This document shows positions 10,677-21,252 of a DNA stretch of 64,000 nucleotides, one piece after another. The position numbers were made by a program, and so were the translations under genes. The notes below the pieces were generated by a model. The model saw only the letters and a program-made list of their open reading frames with translations. It had not been told where the DNA came from and did not search any database. The DNA is from an uncultured Gammaproteobacteria bacterium. GTDB taxonomy: Bacteria > Pseudomonadota > Gammaproteobacteria > Magnimaribacterales > D2472. Location: NCBI GenBank assembly GCA_964523375.1, contig CAZFYG010000006.1:7349-71348 (forward strand), read 5' to 3'. Every line of letters begins with the position of its first letter. Positions within the stretch are counted from its first letter, which is position 1.

Positions 10677-10705
10677 AAAAAAAGGGTGCGGATGCACCCT
10701 TTTTT
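10677..10705 (-). terminator. intrinsic terminator after hupB (bidirectional-looking hairpin)
   Basis: A7-GGGTGC-GGAT-GCACCC-T6. A perfect 6-bp GC-rich stem with a tetraloop, flanked by an A run and a T run, lies 16 nt after the hupB stop. Confidence 0.8.
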
Positions 10706-10720
10706 AAAAGATTAGTAAGT

Positions 10721-10999
10721 TTATCCGTTCTTAACCTTATCTTTAAGACCTTTTCCAGCCTTAAATCCAGGTACTTTAGAAGCAGCGATATGCATTGACT
10801 CACCAGTTTGTGGATTCCTACCTTCTCTAGCAGCTCTATGTCTTACTGAAAAAGTACCAAAACCAACTAGTGACACTGAATCACCGTTACCTAAAGCATC
10901 ACCGATGCCACCTAATACTGAATCAACTGCTCTAGCAGCTGAAGCTTTTGAAAGATCCGCCCCTGATGCAACTGCATCTACTAAGTCTGATTTATTCAT
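10721..10999 (-). CDS. hupB: DNA-binding protein HU
   Basis: [10 protein letters not shown]...[21 protein letters not shown]...KAGK. The ATG at 10999 is preceded by GAGGAG with an 8-nt spacer. The ORF-track GTG at 11008 abuts that SD and is unlikely. Confidence 0.9.
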   Translation of the reverse strand: MNKSDLVDAVASGADLSKASAARAVDSVLGGIGDALGNGDSVSLVGFGTFSVRHRAAREGRNPQTGESMHIAASKVPGFKAGKGLKDKVKNG

Positions 11000-11086
11000 A
11001 CTAAACACTCCTCATGTAAATTGTTTTGATAAATACCCTTCTATGAAAAGCCTTTTACATCTAAAAGTCAAGTAAATAAAGGCTTT

Positions 11087-13495
11087 TTAGTGAGTTTGTT
11101 TATCTTGATTTTTAGCGTCTTCTTTGTTAGGTGCCTTAGATTTTTTAGATTTAGTACTTTTGCTAATCGGAACTGGCTCAGTTTCGAGTGCCTTTGACAC
11201 AATTTCATCAATCCATTCAACTGGGATAATGTTCAAAGAATCTTTAATTTGTTCAGGTATATCTTGAAGGTCAGCCTCATTATCTTTTGGAATGATAACG
11301 TTTGCTATCCCACCCCTTTTAGCAGCAAGAAGCTTCTCTTTCAGACCTCCGATTTTAAGTATTTGACCTCTGAGTGTAATTTCACCTGTCATGGCCGTAT
11401 CCGCTCTTACAGGAATGCCTGTAAGAACTGAGATTAATGCTATTGCCATAGCTCCACCAGCACTTGGGCCATCTTTTGGAGTTGCTCCTTCGGGAACATG
11501 AATGTGTATATCAAAATTTTCATAGAAATCTGATTTGATGCCTAGTGATTCTGCCCTAGATCTTACAACCGTTAGGGCAGCCTGAATAGATTCCTGCATA
11601 ACATCACCCAAAGATCCAGTTTTAATAATCCTACCTTTACCATCCACATAAGATGATTCAATTGTTAATAGCTCTCCTCCTACCTGAGTCCAAGCAAGGC
11701 CTGTAACCTGTCCAACAGAATTATCTTTTTCTGCAACACCAAATTTAAATTTCTTTACACCTGAATACTTCTCTAATTTAGTATTAGAAATTAAAGTAGG
11801 CTTAGAGTTGTCTTTTTTGCTTAATAATCTATCTTTAACTACTTTTCTTAAAATTTTAGCTATTTGCCTCTCAAGACCTCTAACACCCGCCTCTCTTGTA
11901 TAGTATCTAATCAAAGAAAGTAGTACCTCTTTTTTAAATTTAAGTTCCTCATCTTTTAAACCATTTCTTTGAATCTGTTTTGGAAGAAGATATTTTTCTG
12001 CAATATTAAGTTTTTCATCTTCAATATAACCAGGAATAGTTATGATCTCCATTCTATCAAGCAAGGGTGAAGGTATATTCAAGCTATTTGCAGTACAAAC
12101 AAACATAACTTCTGATAAATCATAATCTACTTCTAGATAGTGATCACTAAATGATGTATTTTGCTCAGGATCAAGAACTTCTAGCAAAGCAGATGCAGGG
12201 TCTCCTCTATGATCCATACCAATTTTATCAATTTCATCTAATAGAAATAATGGATTTTTTACTCCAACCTTTGAGAGCTTTTGAATAATCTTTCCAGGCA
12301 TAGACCCAATATAGGTTCTTCTATGGCCTCTAATTTCTGATTCATCTCGAACGCCACCAAGTGACATACGAACGTACTCTCTTCCAGTTGCCCTAGCAAT
12401 CGATTCACCTAGAGATGTTTTACCAACCCCTGGAGGTCCTACTAAACATAAAACAGGCGCTTTCATAGTTTTAACTCTTTTTTGAACTGCCAGATATTCA
12501 ATTATTCTTTCCTTTACCTCATCAAGACCATAATGGTCTTCCTCGAGAATAGAAAGAGATTTTTCAATGTCATTTTTAATAGATGATTTTTTCTTCCACG
12601 GAACTTCAACCAAACAGTCTAAATAAGACCTAACAACTGAGGCCTCTGCTGAAGAAGGAGCCATATGCTTAAACTTAGATAGTTCACTCTTGGCCTTTTT
12701 TAGAGCTTCTTTGGGCATACCTACAGAGCTAATCTTGCTCTCAAGCTCTTCAATCTCATCGCCCTCTTCACCTATTTCACCAAGCTCTTTTTGGGCTGCT
12801 TTAATTTGCTCATTAAGATAGTACTCTCTTTGAGATTTTTCCATTTGCTTTTTAACTCTTTCACGAATCTTTTTTTCAACATCAACAACATCTAGCTGCG
12901 ATTCTATAAATGTAAGAATCTTTTCAGCCCTATTTTTAAGGTCAGCTGTTTCAAGAATGTGTTGTTTTTTCTTAGTTTCAATTGGGAGGTGGCCAGTGAT
13001 AGTATCAATTAGTTTAGAAAGGTCATCTAAAGAATCTACAGTTGAAACAATTTCTGGCGGTATTCTTTTTGTTACATTAATGTAGTCTTCAAATTTTGCC
13101 TTAATAAACCTTACAAGATTAGAAGCGTCTGCCTCTTGAAGATTGCCATCGTCAAGCTCTTTTACTGTAACTGAAAGATAATTTTCTTTTTCAGAAAGTT
13201 TTTCGATCTCACATCTTTTGTATCCTTCAACAAGAACTTTCATAGTTCCATCTGGAAGCTTTATGAGTTGTAGCAAGTTGCTTATAGTTGCATTTTTATA
13301 AATATCATCAAACCCAGGCTCATTAATTGACTGATCAATCTGGCTCACAAGTACAAGCTTTTTATTAGAAGCCATTGCTACATTCAACGCTTCTATTGAT
13401 TTTTTACGTCCTACAAACAGTGTAGTAACAATTCCTGGAAATATAACCACATCTCTTAATGGGATTATTGGTAAGTCTTTTTTTATATCTGTCAT
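11087..13495 (-). CDS. lon: ATP-dependent Lon protease
   Basis: 802 aa with Walker [10 protein letters not shown], the catalytic serine block [11 protein letters not shown], and an N-terminal LON domain. Confidence 0.97.
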   Translation of the reverse strand: MTDIKKDLPIIPLRDVVIFPGIVTTLFVGRKKSIEALNVAMASNKKLVLVSQIDQSINEPGFDDIYKNATISNLLQLIKLPDGTMKVLVEGYKRCEIEKLSEKENYLSVTVKELDDGNLQEADASNLVRFIKAKFEDYINVTKRIPPEIVSTVDSLDDLSKLIDTITGHLPIETKKKQHILETADLKNRAEKILTFIESQLDVVDVEKKIRERVKKQMEKSQREYYLNEQIKAAQKELGEIGEEGDEIEELESKISSVGMPKEALKKAKSELSKFKHMAPSSAEASVVRSYLDCLVEVPWKKKSSIKNDIEKSLSILEEDHYGLDEVKERIIEYLAVQKRVKTMKAPVLCLVGPPGVGKTSLGESIARATGREYVRMSLGGVRDESEIRGHRRTYIGSMPGKIIQKLSKVGVKNPLFLLDEIDKIGMDHRGDPASALLEVLDPEQNTSFSDHYLEVDYDLSEVMFVCTANSLNIPSPLLDRMEIITIPGYIEDEKLNIAEKYLLPKQIQRNGLKDEELKFKKEVLLSLIRYYTREAGVRGLERQIAKILRKVVKDRLLSKKDNSKPTLISNTKLEKYSGVKKFKFGVAEKDNSVGQVTGLAWTQVGGELLTIESSYVDGKGRIIKTGSLGDVMQESIQAALTVVRSRAESLGIKSDFYENFDIHIHVPEGATPKDGPSAGGAMAIALISVLTGIPVRADTAMTGEITLRGQILKIGGLKEKLLAAKRGGIANVIIPKDNEADLQDIPEQIKDSLNIIPVEWIDEIVSKALETEPVPISKSTKSKKSKAPNKEDAKNQDKQTH

Positions 13496-13525
13496 AGGTA
13501 ATAGATAAGGACTATTACTTATTTA

Positions 13526-14776
13526 TCAATTGGCTGATGAAGATTTTTTCTTTTTTGATTTTAATAGCTTGATTGGGTCAGAATTAGATATGACTGTATT
13601 TTCATCAATGATAACTTTTTCGAGATTATCATCTGGTAGTTCAAACATTGTCTCCATTAGAAGCTCTTCCATTATGGATCTTAGTCCTCGGGCACCAGCT
13701 TTACGTTTAATGGCCTTCTTGGCTATCTCAACGAGAGCTTCATCACGAAAATTAAGTTCGACATTATCAATATCAAATAAATGTTTATATTGGTTAACTA
13801 ATGCGTTTTTAGGTTCTTTTAGAATTCTGACAAGCGCATTCTCATCAAGCTCATGAAGATTGGATATAACAGGAAGTCTACCTACAAATTCGGGTATTAA
13901 GCCAAATTTTACTAAGTCTTCAGGCTCTAAATTATCAACATGATTATTAATAGGTAAAACGTTTGTTTTAGTGCCAACCTCTGCACCAAAACCAATACCT
14001 AGGTTGCTGTTCCTTTGGGATATAACCTTGTCTAAACCAGAGAATGCTCCGCCACATATAAATAATATATTTGATGTGTCTATTTGAATAAATTCTTGTT
14101 GCGGATGCTTTCTTCCACCTTGCGGAGGAATAGATGCAACAGTACCTTCGATTAACTTAAGAAGCGCCTGCTGAACACCTTCTCCAGAAACATCTCTTGT
14201 TATCGATGGGTTGTCAGACTTTCTTGCTATTTTATCAATTTCATCTATGTAAACTATTCCAAGCTGGGCTTTTTCTGGGTCATAGTCGGCTTTTTGTAAA
14301 AGCTTTTGTATTATATTTTCAACATCTTCACCAACATAACCAGCTTCAGTCAATGTTGTTGCATCAGCAATAGTGAAAGGAACATTAAGAATTTTTGCAA
14401 GAGTTTGAGCTAAAAGTGTTTTACCACTCCCAGTTGGGCCTAGCAACAAGACATTGCTTTTTTGAAGCTCAACAGAGGCTTTTGAATTCTTTTTAAGCCT
14501 TTTGTAATGGTTGTAAACGGCTACAGAAAGTACTTTTTTTGCTTTTTCTTGACCAATAACATACTCATCCAATTGACCAAAAATTTCTTTAGGTGAAGGA
14601 AGTTCTTCTAATGCTGTATCTTCATCGCCTTTAATTTCTTCTTCAATTATGTCATTACATAAATCTACACACTCATTGCAAATGTATACACTTGGTCCAG
14701 CAATTAGCTTTTTAACATCATCTTGAACTTTTCCACAAAAAGAGCAATTTAATTTGTCGTTAGCATCATTTGCCAT
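13526..14776 (-). CDS. clpX: ATP-dependent Clp protease ATP-binding subunit ClpX
   Basis: Zinc-finger CSFCGK...CNEC, Walker A GPTGSGKT, and IGFG-type pore/ClpP loop LGIGFGA. Confidence 0.97.
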   Translation of the reverse strand: MANDANDKLNCSFCGKVQDDVKKLIAGPSVYICNECVDLCNDIIEEEIKGDEDTALEELPSPKEIFGQLDEYVIGQEKAKKVLSVAVYNHYKRLKKNSKASVELQKSNVLLLGPTGSGKTLLAQTLAKILNVPFTIADATTLTEAGYVGEDVENIIQKLLQKADYDPEKAQLGIVYIDEIDKIARKSDNPSITRDVSGEGVQQALLKLIEGTVASIPPQGGRKHPQQEFIQIDTSNILFICGGAFSGLDKVISQRNSNLGIGFGAEVGTKTNVLPINNHVDNLEPEDLVKFGLIPEFVGRLPVISNLHELDENALVRILKEPKNALVNQYKHLFDIDNVELNFRDEALVEIAKKAIKRKAGARGLRSIMEELLMETMFELPDDNLEKVIIDENTVISNSDPIKLLKSKKKKSSSAN

Positions 14777-15380
14777 TTATTTGATCCCTTTCGTTTAACA
14801 CTTTATCAACAATACCATATTTAATAGCTGCGTCAGCGTCTAAGAAATTATCTCTATCCGTATCTTTCTCAATTTTTTTCACCGAATGCCCAGTATGCTT
14901 TGCAAGAATCTCATTGACTATTTTTTTCATATGCAATATCTCTTTAGCATGTATTTCAAAATCAGAGGCCTGACCCTGGAATCCTCCAAGAGGCTGATGA
15001 ATCATGACTCTAGAATTTGGAAGTACAAACCTTTTACCCTTATCACCACCTGCTAATAAAAGAGCACCCATGCTTGCTGCTTGACCAATACAAAGGGTAG
15101 AAACTGAAGAGGATATAAATTGCATAGTGTCATATATAGCTAGACCAGCCGATATGCTACCTCCCGGAGAGTTAATATATATTGAAATATCTTTCTCTGG
15201 GTTTTCAGATTCTAAAAATAGAAGCTGAGCAACAACAAGGTTAGATATATTGTCATCTATTGGTCCAGATAAGAAAATAACTCTTTCTTTTAAAAGTCTA
15301 GAATAGATATCAAATGATCTCTCTCCTCGCGGGGTTTGCTCAACCACCATCGGTATAAGTGCTGATTTAATTTCGTTCAT
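14766..15380 (-). CDS. clpP: ATP-dependent Clp protease proteolytic subunit
   Basis: 204 aa with the Ser-His-Asp blocks ([18 protein letters not shown]). Confidence 0.97.
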   Translation of the reverse strand: MNEIKSALIPMVVEQTPRGERSFDIYSRLLKERVIFLSGPIDDNISNLVVAQLLFLESENPEKDISIYINSPGGSISAGLAIYDTMQFISSSVSTLCIGQAASMGALLLAGGDKGKRFVLPNSRVMIHQPLGGFQGQASDFEIHAKEILHMKKIVNEILAKHTGHSVKKIEKDTDRDNFLDADAAIKYGIVDKVLNERDQINGK

Positions 15381-15383
15381 AAT

Positions 15384-16679
15384 TTATTTTTTTGCCAGTT
15401 CAGAAAATTCTATCACTTTATCTTTAGATTTAAGGTCATTTTGCAAATTTTCTATTAATTTTTCTTCAAGAACAATCATTCTAAATTGTTCGACTTGCTG
15501 GGGTTGGTTTGCAATCCACTTCTTAAATTGATCCGCATCTTTATATTTCTTTGCTTCCTTTTCTATAAAATTATCAAGGTCTTCTTGGGTAACAGCAATT
15601 GCATAATGCTTAATAAGCTCTGCAAAAAGAAGGTCTAACTTGACCCTTTTTTCGGCATTTTCCATAAATGCATCAAGAGGAAATAGATCATCAACTGCTT
15701 CATTATCTTGTTGCCCGATTCTCATTAAAGAATCTTTTCGCATTAATTCTGCTTGCTCTTTTATAGTAACTTTAGGTGCACTAAAGCTATTTATTTTTAA
15801 TAAAGTTTCATACATAGATTCTTTTGTTAAATCTTTCTCTTGTGACAAAACTTCTTTTTCCATTCTGGACAAAATTTCAGCCTTAAATTTAGACGAATCT
15901 TTTATCTCCATTTCTAATTTTGTAAATAGCTCTTCGTCAATTTTTGCTGGAGTGAGCTCTTGAACCGTTTTAAGGTTTATCTCAAATGAAGCTTCGCTGC
16001 CTGCTAAGTCTTTTTTAAAGTAATCTTCAGGGAAATTAGCTTTTATAACAAATTCTGATGGCTCCTTTCCTATTATTTCATCTTCAAAACCAGGAATCAT
16101 TGAATTTGAGCCTAAAACCAACTTAAAATCTTGCGCTGAATTCCCCTCAAACTCCTCACCTTCAATTGAACCTTTAAAATCAATTATGACTTGATCGTCT
16201 TTTATTGATTTTCTAGATACATCTTTCCAATCACCGTACCTCTTACAGATATCTTCAACAGCTAAATCCACATCTTTGTCAGAAATAGTGATTGAAAAGT
16301 TTTCATATTTGGACCAGCTTGAGACTTTTGGTTTAATGTCAGGAAAAACCTCAAAGGTTGCTGAGTAGACTATAGGCTTAGATGCATCTTCAGAGTCTAA
16401 TGTTATTGATGGCGGCGAAGCGGGTCTCAAATTATTTTCAGTCAATGCTGTAGGATAGGATGACTGAATTAAATCATTTACAACATCAGCATGGATTGAT
16501 GCTCCATATCTTTGCTCAAGAACATCATTAGGAACTTTACCTTTCCTGAACCCATCAAGTTTTGCGCTACGTTTGATGTTATTAATCTTTGACTGAAACT
16601 TATCTTTGTAGTCGTCTAAAGGTATAGAGACTGTAAGAACTCTCTCGAGATCCTTTAATTTTTTTAATTTGCTCGACAT
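15384..16679 (-). CDS. tig: trigger factor
   Basis: It sits upstream of clpP. The N-terminal ribosome-binding block is GFRKGKVP. The start is set at ATG 16679 (MSSKLKK..), because the ORF-track extension to 16742 reads through tRNA-His. Confidence 0.92.
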   Translation of the reverse strand: MSSKLKKLKDLERVLTVSIPLDDYKDKFQSKINNIKRSAKLDGFRKGKVPNDVLEQRYGASIHADVVNDLIQSSYPTALTENNLRPASPPSITLDSEDASKPIVYSATFEVFPDIKPKVSSWSKYENFSITISDKDVDLAVEDICKRYGDWKDVSRKSIKDDQVIIDFKGSIEGEEFEGNSAQDFKLVLGSNSMIPGFEDEIIGKEPSEFVIKANFPEDYFKKDLAGSEASFEINLKTVQELTPAKIDEELFTKLEMEIKDSSKFKAEILSRMEKEVLSQEKDLTKESMYETLLKINSFSAPKVTIKEQAELMRKDSLMRIGQQDNEAVDDLFPLDAFMENAEKRVKLDLLFAELIKHYAIAVTQEDLDNFIEKEAKKYKDADQFKKWIANQPQQVEQFRMIVLEEKLIENLQNDLKSKDKVIEFSELAKK

Positions 16680-16697
16680 ATTTTTACCTATATAAAA

Positions 16698-16775
16698 TGG
16701 GGCGAGCGATGGGGTTCGAACCCACGGCCTCCGGAGCCACAATCCAGCGCTCTAACCAACTGAGCTACGCCCGCC
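16698..16775 (-). tRNA. tRNA-His (anticodon GTG), CCA encoded
   Basis: Hand-folded cloverleaf with an extra 5' G(-1) opposite C73, anticodon loop TTGTGGC and T-loop TTCGAAC. Confidence 0.9.
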
Positions 16776-16782
16776 AAGAAAC

Positions 16783-16811
16783 GAGACATTATAGATTAAA
16801 AAAACTATAAT
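16783..16811 (+). promoter_or_regulatory. possible sigma70 promoter for the dehydrogenase gene
   Basis: GAGACA-17 nt-TATAAT, with the -10 ending 21 nt before ATG 16833. A GGGGA SD lies 5 nt before the ATG. Confidence 0.3.
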
Positions 16812-16832
16812 TTTTCTAAATAGGGGATTTTT

Positions 16833-18230
16833 ATGAACAATTTTTTAACTGATACAAATAGGTTTGTAGATAAGGCATTAAAACTTACATCTATATCAGC
16901 AGGCTTAGCAAATAAAATTATTACTTGTAACTCTACATACACTGTTCGTTTTGGAGTTAGGTTGCGAAATGACATATACACTTTTGAAGGGTGGAGATCT
17001 GTTCATTCTGAACATATGGAGCCTACAAAGGGTGGAATAAGATTTGACATATCCACACATGTTGAGGAAGTTGAAGCTTTGGCAGCTTTAATGTCATATA
17101 AAAATGCAATTATTAATGTTCCCTTTGGTGGTTCAAAGGGTGGGTTAAAAATTAACCCAAAGGACTGGGATGAAAAAGAGCTAGAAAAAATTACCAGAAG
17201 GTTTTCGCAAGAACTTATCAAGAGAGATTTAATTAGCCCATCGCAGAATGTGCCCGCTCCTGATATAGGCACATCTTCACGTGAGATGGCTTGGATAGCA
17301 GATGAATATCGCAAAATGTCCCCTACTGATATAAATGCTTCAGCATGCGTTACAGGCAAGCCTGCCAATAAAAATGGATTGATTGGAAGAGAGGAGGCAA
17401 CAGGTCGAGGAGTTCAATATATATTAAGAGAATTTTTCAAGCACGATGACTTAGTTAGTTCAATTAAGTATCCAAACGGTATTTCTAAAAAAAGTTTTAT
17501 TTTGCAAGGTTTTGGAAATGTTGGCTATAACGCATCAAAATTTCTTACCGAGGATGACGGCATGAAGCTAATTGGTATAGCTGAATATAATGGAGGAATT
17601 TATAATGAAAATGGCCTTAATGTTAATCATGCTAAAAAATTCTTTGTTAAGCATGGTAGTTTTGAAAATTACCCTAAAGGTAATTTTGTTAAAGATGGCA
17701 GTCTTTTACTAAAAAGAAAGTGTGATGTTCTTATTCCTGCAGCTAGGGAAAATGTAATTACTTCAAAAAATGCTGCTGATATTAAAACAAAATTAATTAT
17801 TGAAGCAGCAAATGGCCCGATATCATTTGATGCACATAAGATTCTCGCAAAAAATAAAGTTTTTATAATCCCTGACATTCTTGCAAATTCTGGAGGTGTT
17901 GCGGTCAGCTATTTTGAATGGGTAAAAAACATAAGGCATATTAGATTTGGAAGGCTCGAAAAAAGAAAAAACAATATTCAATTCAATACCATTATTGAGG
18001 CTATAGAGACAATGACTGGAAAAGAAATGCCTGCAAAATTTAAATCTAATTTTATGGATGGAATTGATGAAATAGATTTAATTAGATCTGGCTTAGACGA
18101 CATGATGATAGATGGATTTCGTGAGGTTAAAAAAGAGTATTTGCAAATGAAAAACCCTGATTTTAGAACAGCTGCTTATAAAGTTGCTATTGAAAAGATT
18201 GCCATGTCATATGACTCTATTGGTCTTTAG
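16833..18230 (+). CDS. Glu/Leu/Phe/Val-family amino-acid dehydrogenase (probable glutamate dehydrogenase)
   Basis: 465 aa with the catalytic Lys block VPFGGSKGG and a Rossmann GFGNVG. Confidence 0.8.
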   Translation: MNNFLTDTNRFVDKALKLTSISAGLANKIITCNSTYTVRFGVRLRNDIYTFEGWRSVHSEHMEPTKGGIRFDISTHVEEVEALAALMSYKNAIINVPFGGSKGGLKINPKDWDEKELEKITRRFSQELIKRDLISPSQNVPAPDIGTSSREMAWIADEYRKMSPTDINASACVTGKPANKNGLIGREEATGRGVQYILREFFKHDDLVSSIKYPNGISKKSFILQGFGNVGYNASKFLTEDDGMKLIGIAEYNGGIYNENGLNVNHAKKFFVKHGSFENYPKGNFVKDGSLLLKRKCDVLIPAARENVITSKNAADIKTKLIIEAANGPISFDAHKILAKNKVFIIPDILANSGGVAVSYFEWVKNIRHIRFGRLEKRKNNIQFNTIIEAIETMTGKEMPAKFKSNFMDGIDEIDLIRSGLDDMMIDGFREVKKEYLQMKNPDFRTAAYKVAIEKIAMSYDSIGL

Positions 18231-18861
18231 GGAATATAAGTAAATCGTCGCCCTCTTCCCAAGGATCGTATTTTTGCATAACATTTTTTAAAATACTTGA
18301 TGATAGAAAACTATTTAAATAGTTTTGGATATTGGGTATTTCTTTAAAATTATCAAACCACTCTATATCAGCAATCCTAAATTGCCTGATAAAAGGTAAA
18401 ATGCAAATATCAATCTTTTGAATGTCATTTCCAAAAAACCAATCCCCTTTAATACACATCTCAATTTCTTTAAGGTGGTCAACACAAATTTTTCTATAAT
18501 GTAATGGTTTTGCATCAAACCTTTGAGCATATTTGTATCTATCAAGATTATATTTAAAACTTTCATCAAAAAGTTTTACTACTGCATTGGTTTGATTGAT
18601 TTGATCTTCGCTAAGATTATTTTTAAAGATGGTTTTTGAAGCCATAACTAAATCAATAATTTCAAGACTTTCCTCAATAATATCAGACTCATTAACCATC
18701 ACCGGGACTGTTCCTTTTGGGGATATAGATAGCATTTGATGGGGTTTATTCTTGAGATGAACTTCTCTTAATTCACACTTAAAATTGGCGAGCAATATCG
18801 CCATTCTTGCTCGCATGGCATAAGGGCATCGTCTGAATGAATATAAGACTGGATATTTCAT
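18217..18861 (-). CDS. glutathione S-transferase-like protein (thioredoxin-fold N-domain)
   Basis: N-terminus MKYPVLYSFRRCPYAMRARMAIL...SPKGTVPV is typical of a GST N-domain family. The start is set at ATG 18861, because the longer ORF-track start overlaps trhO. Confidence 0.6.
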   Translation of the reverse strand: MKYPVLYSFRRCPYAMRARMAILLANFKCELREVHLKNKPHQMLSISPKGTVPVMVNESDIIEESLEIIDLVMASKTIFKNNLSEDQINQTNAVVKLFDESFKYNLDRYKYAQRFDAKPLHYRKICVDHLKEIEMCIKGDWFFGNDIQKIDICILPFIRQFRIADIEWFDNFKEIPNIQNYLNSFLSSSILKNVMQKYDPWEEGDDLLIFPKDQ

Positions 18862-18883
18862 AAAATTATAAGTTAAAAATTTT

Positions 18884-19798
18884 TTACTTAGGTCCAATAT
18901 GTCTTTCGTTTCTAGAATTTGAAAGCTCAACTTGTTTTTGACGACTCTTATATCTTGATTTCTGTTCTTCAGATGTTGTGTCAAAACATTTTGGACAGGC
19001 AACGCCTTTAATGTATTTATGAGACAATTTATCATTATCTGTAATCGGCATTCTGCAGCCATGACACATATCATAAGTGCCAGGCATTAATTTATGATTA
19101 ACAGATACTCTATCATCAAACACAAAACACTCGCCTTGCCACATACTTTCATTTTCTGGAATATTTTCAAGATACTTTAATATGCCGCCTTTTAAATGAT
19201 AGACATCATTGAAACCATTGTTTTTCATAAATGAGGATGCCTTTTCGCATCTGATGCCACCAGTACAAAACATAGCAATTTTTTTAGATTTCTTATCATC
19301 ATTTGTAAAACCAGCACTCTCGACCCAATCTGGAAAATCTCTAAATTTTGTAGTTTTAGGATTGATAGAGTTTTTGAAAGTTCCTATTGAGTATTCATAA
19401 TCATTTCTTGTATCAATAAGAATAGTATCCTCATCTGTAATGAGAGCATTCCAGTCATTTGGCTCTATGTATTCGCCAACAACTTTATTTGGATCGACTG
19501 TCATATCTCCAATGGTTACAATTTCTTTTTTTAATTTTACTTTTAGTCTAATAAATGGGTTTTCAATAGATGTTGAATATTTAACATCTAGTGTAGAAAA
19601 ACCATCAACTGATTTGAGAAAAGTGATAGCTTTATCAATAGCATCAGGGCTTCCAGATATTGTTCCATTGAGACCCTCACCACCTACAAGAATGGTCCCT
19701 GTTATATTTAATTCTTTTAAGGACCCTCTAATTAAAACTTGAATTTCCTGAGGACTTGCGATTGATTGAAATTTATAGAGTGCTGCTACTTTATACAT
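18884..19798 (-). CDS. trhO: rhodanese-domain tRNA uridine(34) hydroxylase (UPF0176/YceA family)
   Basis: 304 aa with rhodanese active-site loop CTGGIRCEKA and a C-terminal Cys cluster (CHGC...CPKC). Confidence 0.8.
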   Translation of the reverse strand: MYKVAALYKFQSIASPQEIQVLIRGSLKELNITGTILVGGEGLNGTISGSPDAIDKAITFLKSVDGFSTLDVKYSTSIENPFIRLKVKLKKEIVTIGDMTVDPNKVVGEYIEPNDWNALITDEDTILIDTRNDYEYSIGTFKNSINPKTTKFRDFPDWVESAGFTNDDKKSKKIAMFCTGGIRCEKASSFMKNNGFNDVYHLKGGILKYLENIPENESMWQGECFVFDDRVSVNHKLMPGTYDMCHGCRMPITDNDKLSHKYIKGVACPKCFDTTSEEQKSRYKSRQKQVELSNSRNERHIGPK

Positions 19799-19819
19799 GG
19801 ATACATTATATATAAAAAA

Positions 19820-19896
<77 letters not shown>

Positions 19897-19897
19897 A

Positions 19898-19974
19898 TGG
19901 TCGGGGTAGTAAGATTCGAACTTACGACCACTCGCTCCCAAAGCGAGTGCGCTACCAGACTGCGCTATACCCCG
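19898..19974 (-). tRNA. tRNA-Pro (anticodon TGG), CCA encoded
   Basis: Hand-folded cloverleaf with anticodon loop TTTGGGA. Only 1 nt separates it from tRNA-Arg. Confidence 0.9.
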
Positions 19975-20053
19975 TGGGTGCAAATATTAAAGTTTATATA
20001 ATAAATAAGCAATGATGATGTGAATAAATATTTAAAAATGCGATAATATTTGT

Positions 20054-20896
20054 ATGAGTGCATTATTACTTGATGGCAAAAAATTGGCATCAGAATCAGA
20101 AATTGACATAAAAAAACAAGTTCAAAGCCTTATAAGTAAAGGAGTTTTTCCAACTCTTGCAACTATTCTGGTTGGAAATGACCCCGCCTCAGAGACTTAT
20201 GTAAAAATGAAGAGGAATACTTGTGCCAGAGTTGGCATGAAGTCTATTGCAGTGGAACTAGATGACAATACAACTACTGCAGAGCTAATCAATCAAATTG
20301 ACATTCTTAATCGTGATAAAAATATACATGGAATATTACTTCAACATCCTGTTCCAAGTCATATAGATGAGAGAGCTTGTTTTGATAAAATTTCTTTAGA
20401 GAAGGATGTTGATGGTGTGACCTGTCTTGGATTTGGAAATATGGCAATGGGCCAAGATGCTTATGGCTCTTGCACACCAGCTGGCATAATTCGATTAATT
20501 GAAAGCTATAATTTAGATGTTGAGGGGCTTAATGCTGTTGTTGTTGGAAGAAGCCCTATTCTAGGAAAACCAATGGCAATGATGCTTCTAAATAAAAATG
20601 CAACAGTAACTATTTGCCACTCAAGGACTAAAAACATTGAATCAATTATCAGCAATGCAGACCTAATAGTTGGTGCGGTAGGAATACCAAAGTTTATTCA
20701 AAAAAATTGGATAAAGAATAACTGTATAGTGATTGATGCTGGCTACCATCCTGATAAAAGTGGTGATATTGATCTTGATGGAGTAGAAGGAAGAGCTTCG
20801 GCGTTCACGCCAGTTCCAGGCGGTGTCGGCCCTATGACAATTAATACATTAATACTGCATACTCTTCAATCAGCCATTAAAACAACTAATGATTAA
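20054..20896 (+). CDS. folD: bifunctional methylenetetrahydrofolate dehydrogenase/cyclohydrolase
   Basis: 280 aa with [30 protein letters not shown] and [10 protein letters not shown]. Confidence 0.95.
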   Translation: MSALLLDGKKLASESEIDIKKQVQSLISKGVFPTLATILVGNDPASETYVKMKRNTCARVGMKSIAVELDDNTTTAELINQIDILNRDKNIHGILLQHPVPSHIDERACFDKISLEKDVDGVTCLGFGNMAMGQDAYGSCTPAGIIRLIESYNLDVEGLNAVVVGRSPILGKPMAMMLLNKNATVTICHSRTKNIESIISNADLIVGAVGIPKFIQKNWIKNNCIVIDAGYHPDKSGDIDLDGVEGRASAFTPVPGGVGPMTINTLILHTLQSAIKTTND

Positions 20897-21252
20897 CTAT
20901 TAGATTCGCTGGTTTCAGAAGGCTCAATATGGTCTGATTCTTCAATCTCTGCTTCAATTATTTCATTATCTGACACAACTTCTTCATCTTCTTTCTTAAA
21001 TGGGAAAGGTTTTTCTTCTGTTGTAAACAGGAGAAATGCCAATGTATCATTCACAAATTCTATTAAATGAGCATTAAAGTTAGCTATTGCAGTATTAGGT
21101 TTTGAGGTAAATAAAAAGAATAAGAACTGGATAAATGCTAGCCCAATTGAAATAGATATTACAAAATTAATTGCGAATGCATAGCCAAGCATAAACAAGA
21201 ATCTAATCCATTTACTTGTATTTAAAATCTCTTCTCTATCTATATTTTTCAT
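20893..21252 (-). CDS. small membrane protein with acidic C-terminal tail (possibly DUF4389-like)
   Basis: 119 aa with two hydrophobic helices, then an E/D/S-rich tail. It overlaps gpsA by 4 nt. The family assignment is from memory only. Confidence 0.4.
   Translation of the reverse strand: MKNIDREEILNTSKWIRFLFMLGYAFAINFVISISIGLAFIQFLFFLFTSKPNTAIANFNAHLIEFVNDTLAFLLFTTEEKPFPFKKEDEEVVSDNEIIEAEIEESDHIEPSETSESNS

Noticed and set aside
11009-11086. AAAAGCCT ... AGGCTTTT inverted repeat between lon and hupB, considered as a lon terminator.
   Set aside because: The 8-bp stem is AT-rich and encloses a loop of about 26 nt with no proper U tract, so it is not a canonical terminator. The loop contains a TTGACT that may simply be the hupB -35 element, a low-confidence idea that I have not reported as a feature.
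16680-16742. N-terminal extension of the tig ORF (MWLRRPWVRTPSLAPFYIGKN), and the analogous extension of the Rieske oxygenase ORF (63506-63607).
   Set aside because: The extensions are translations of tRNA-His and tRNA-Leu. Internal ATGs give N-termini typical of the families.
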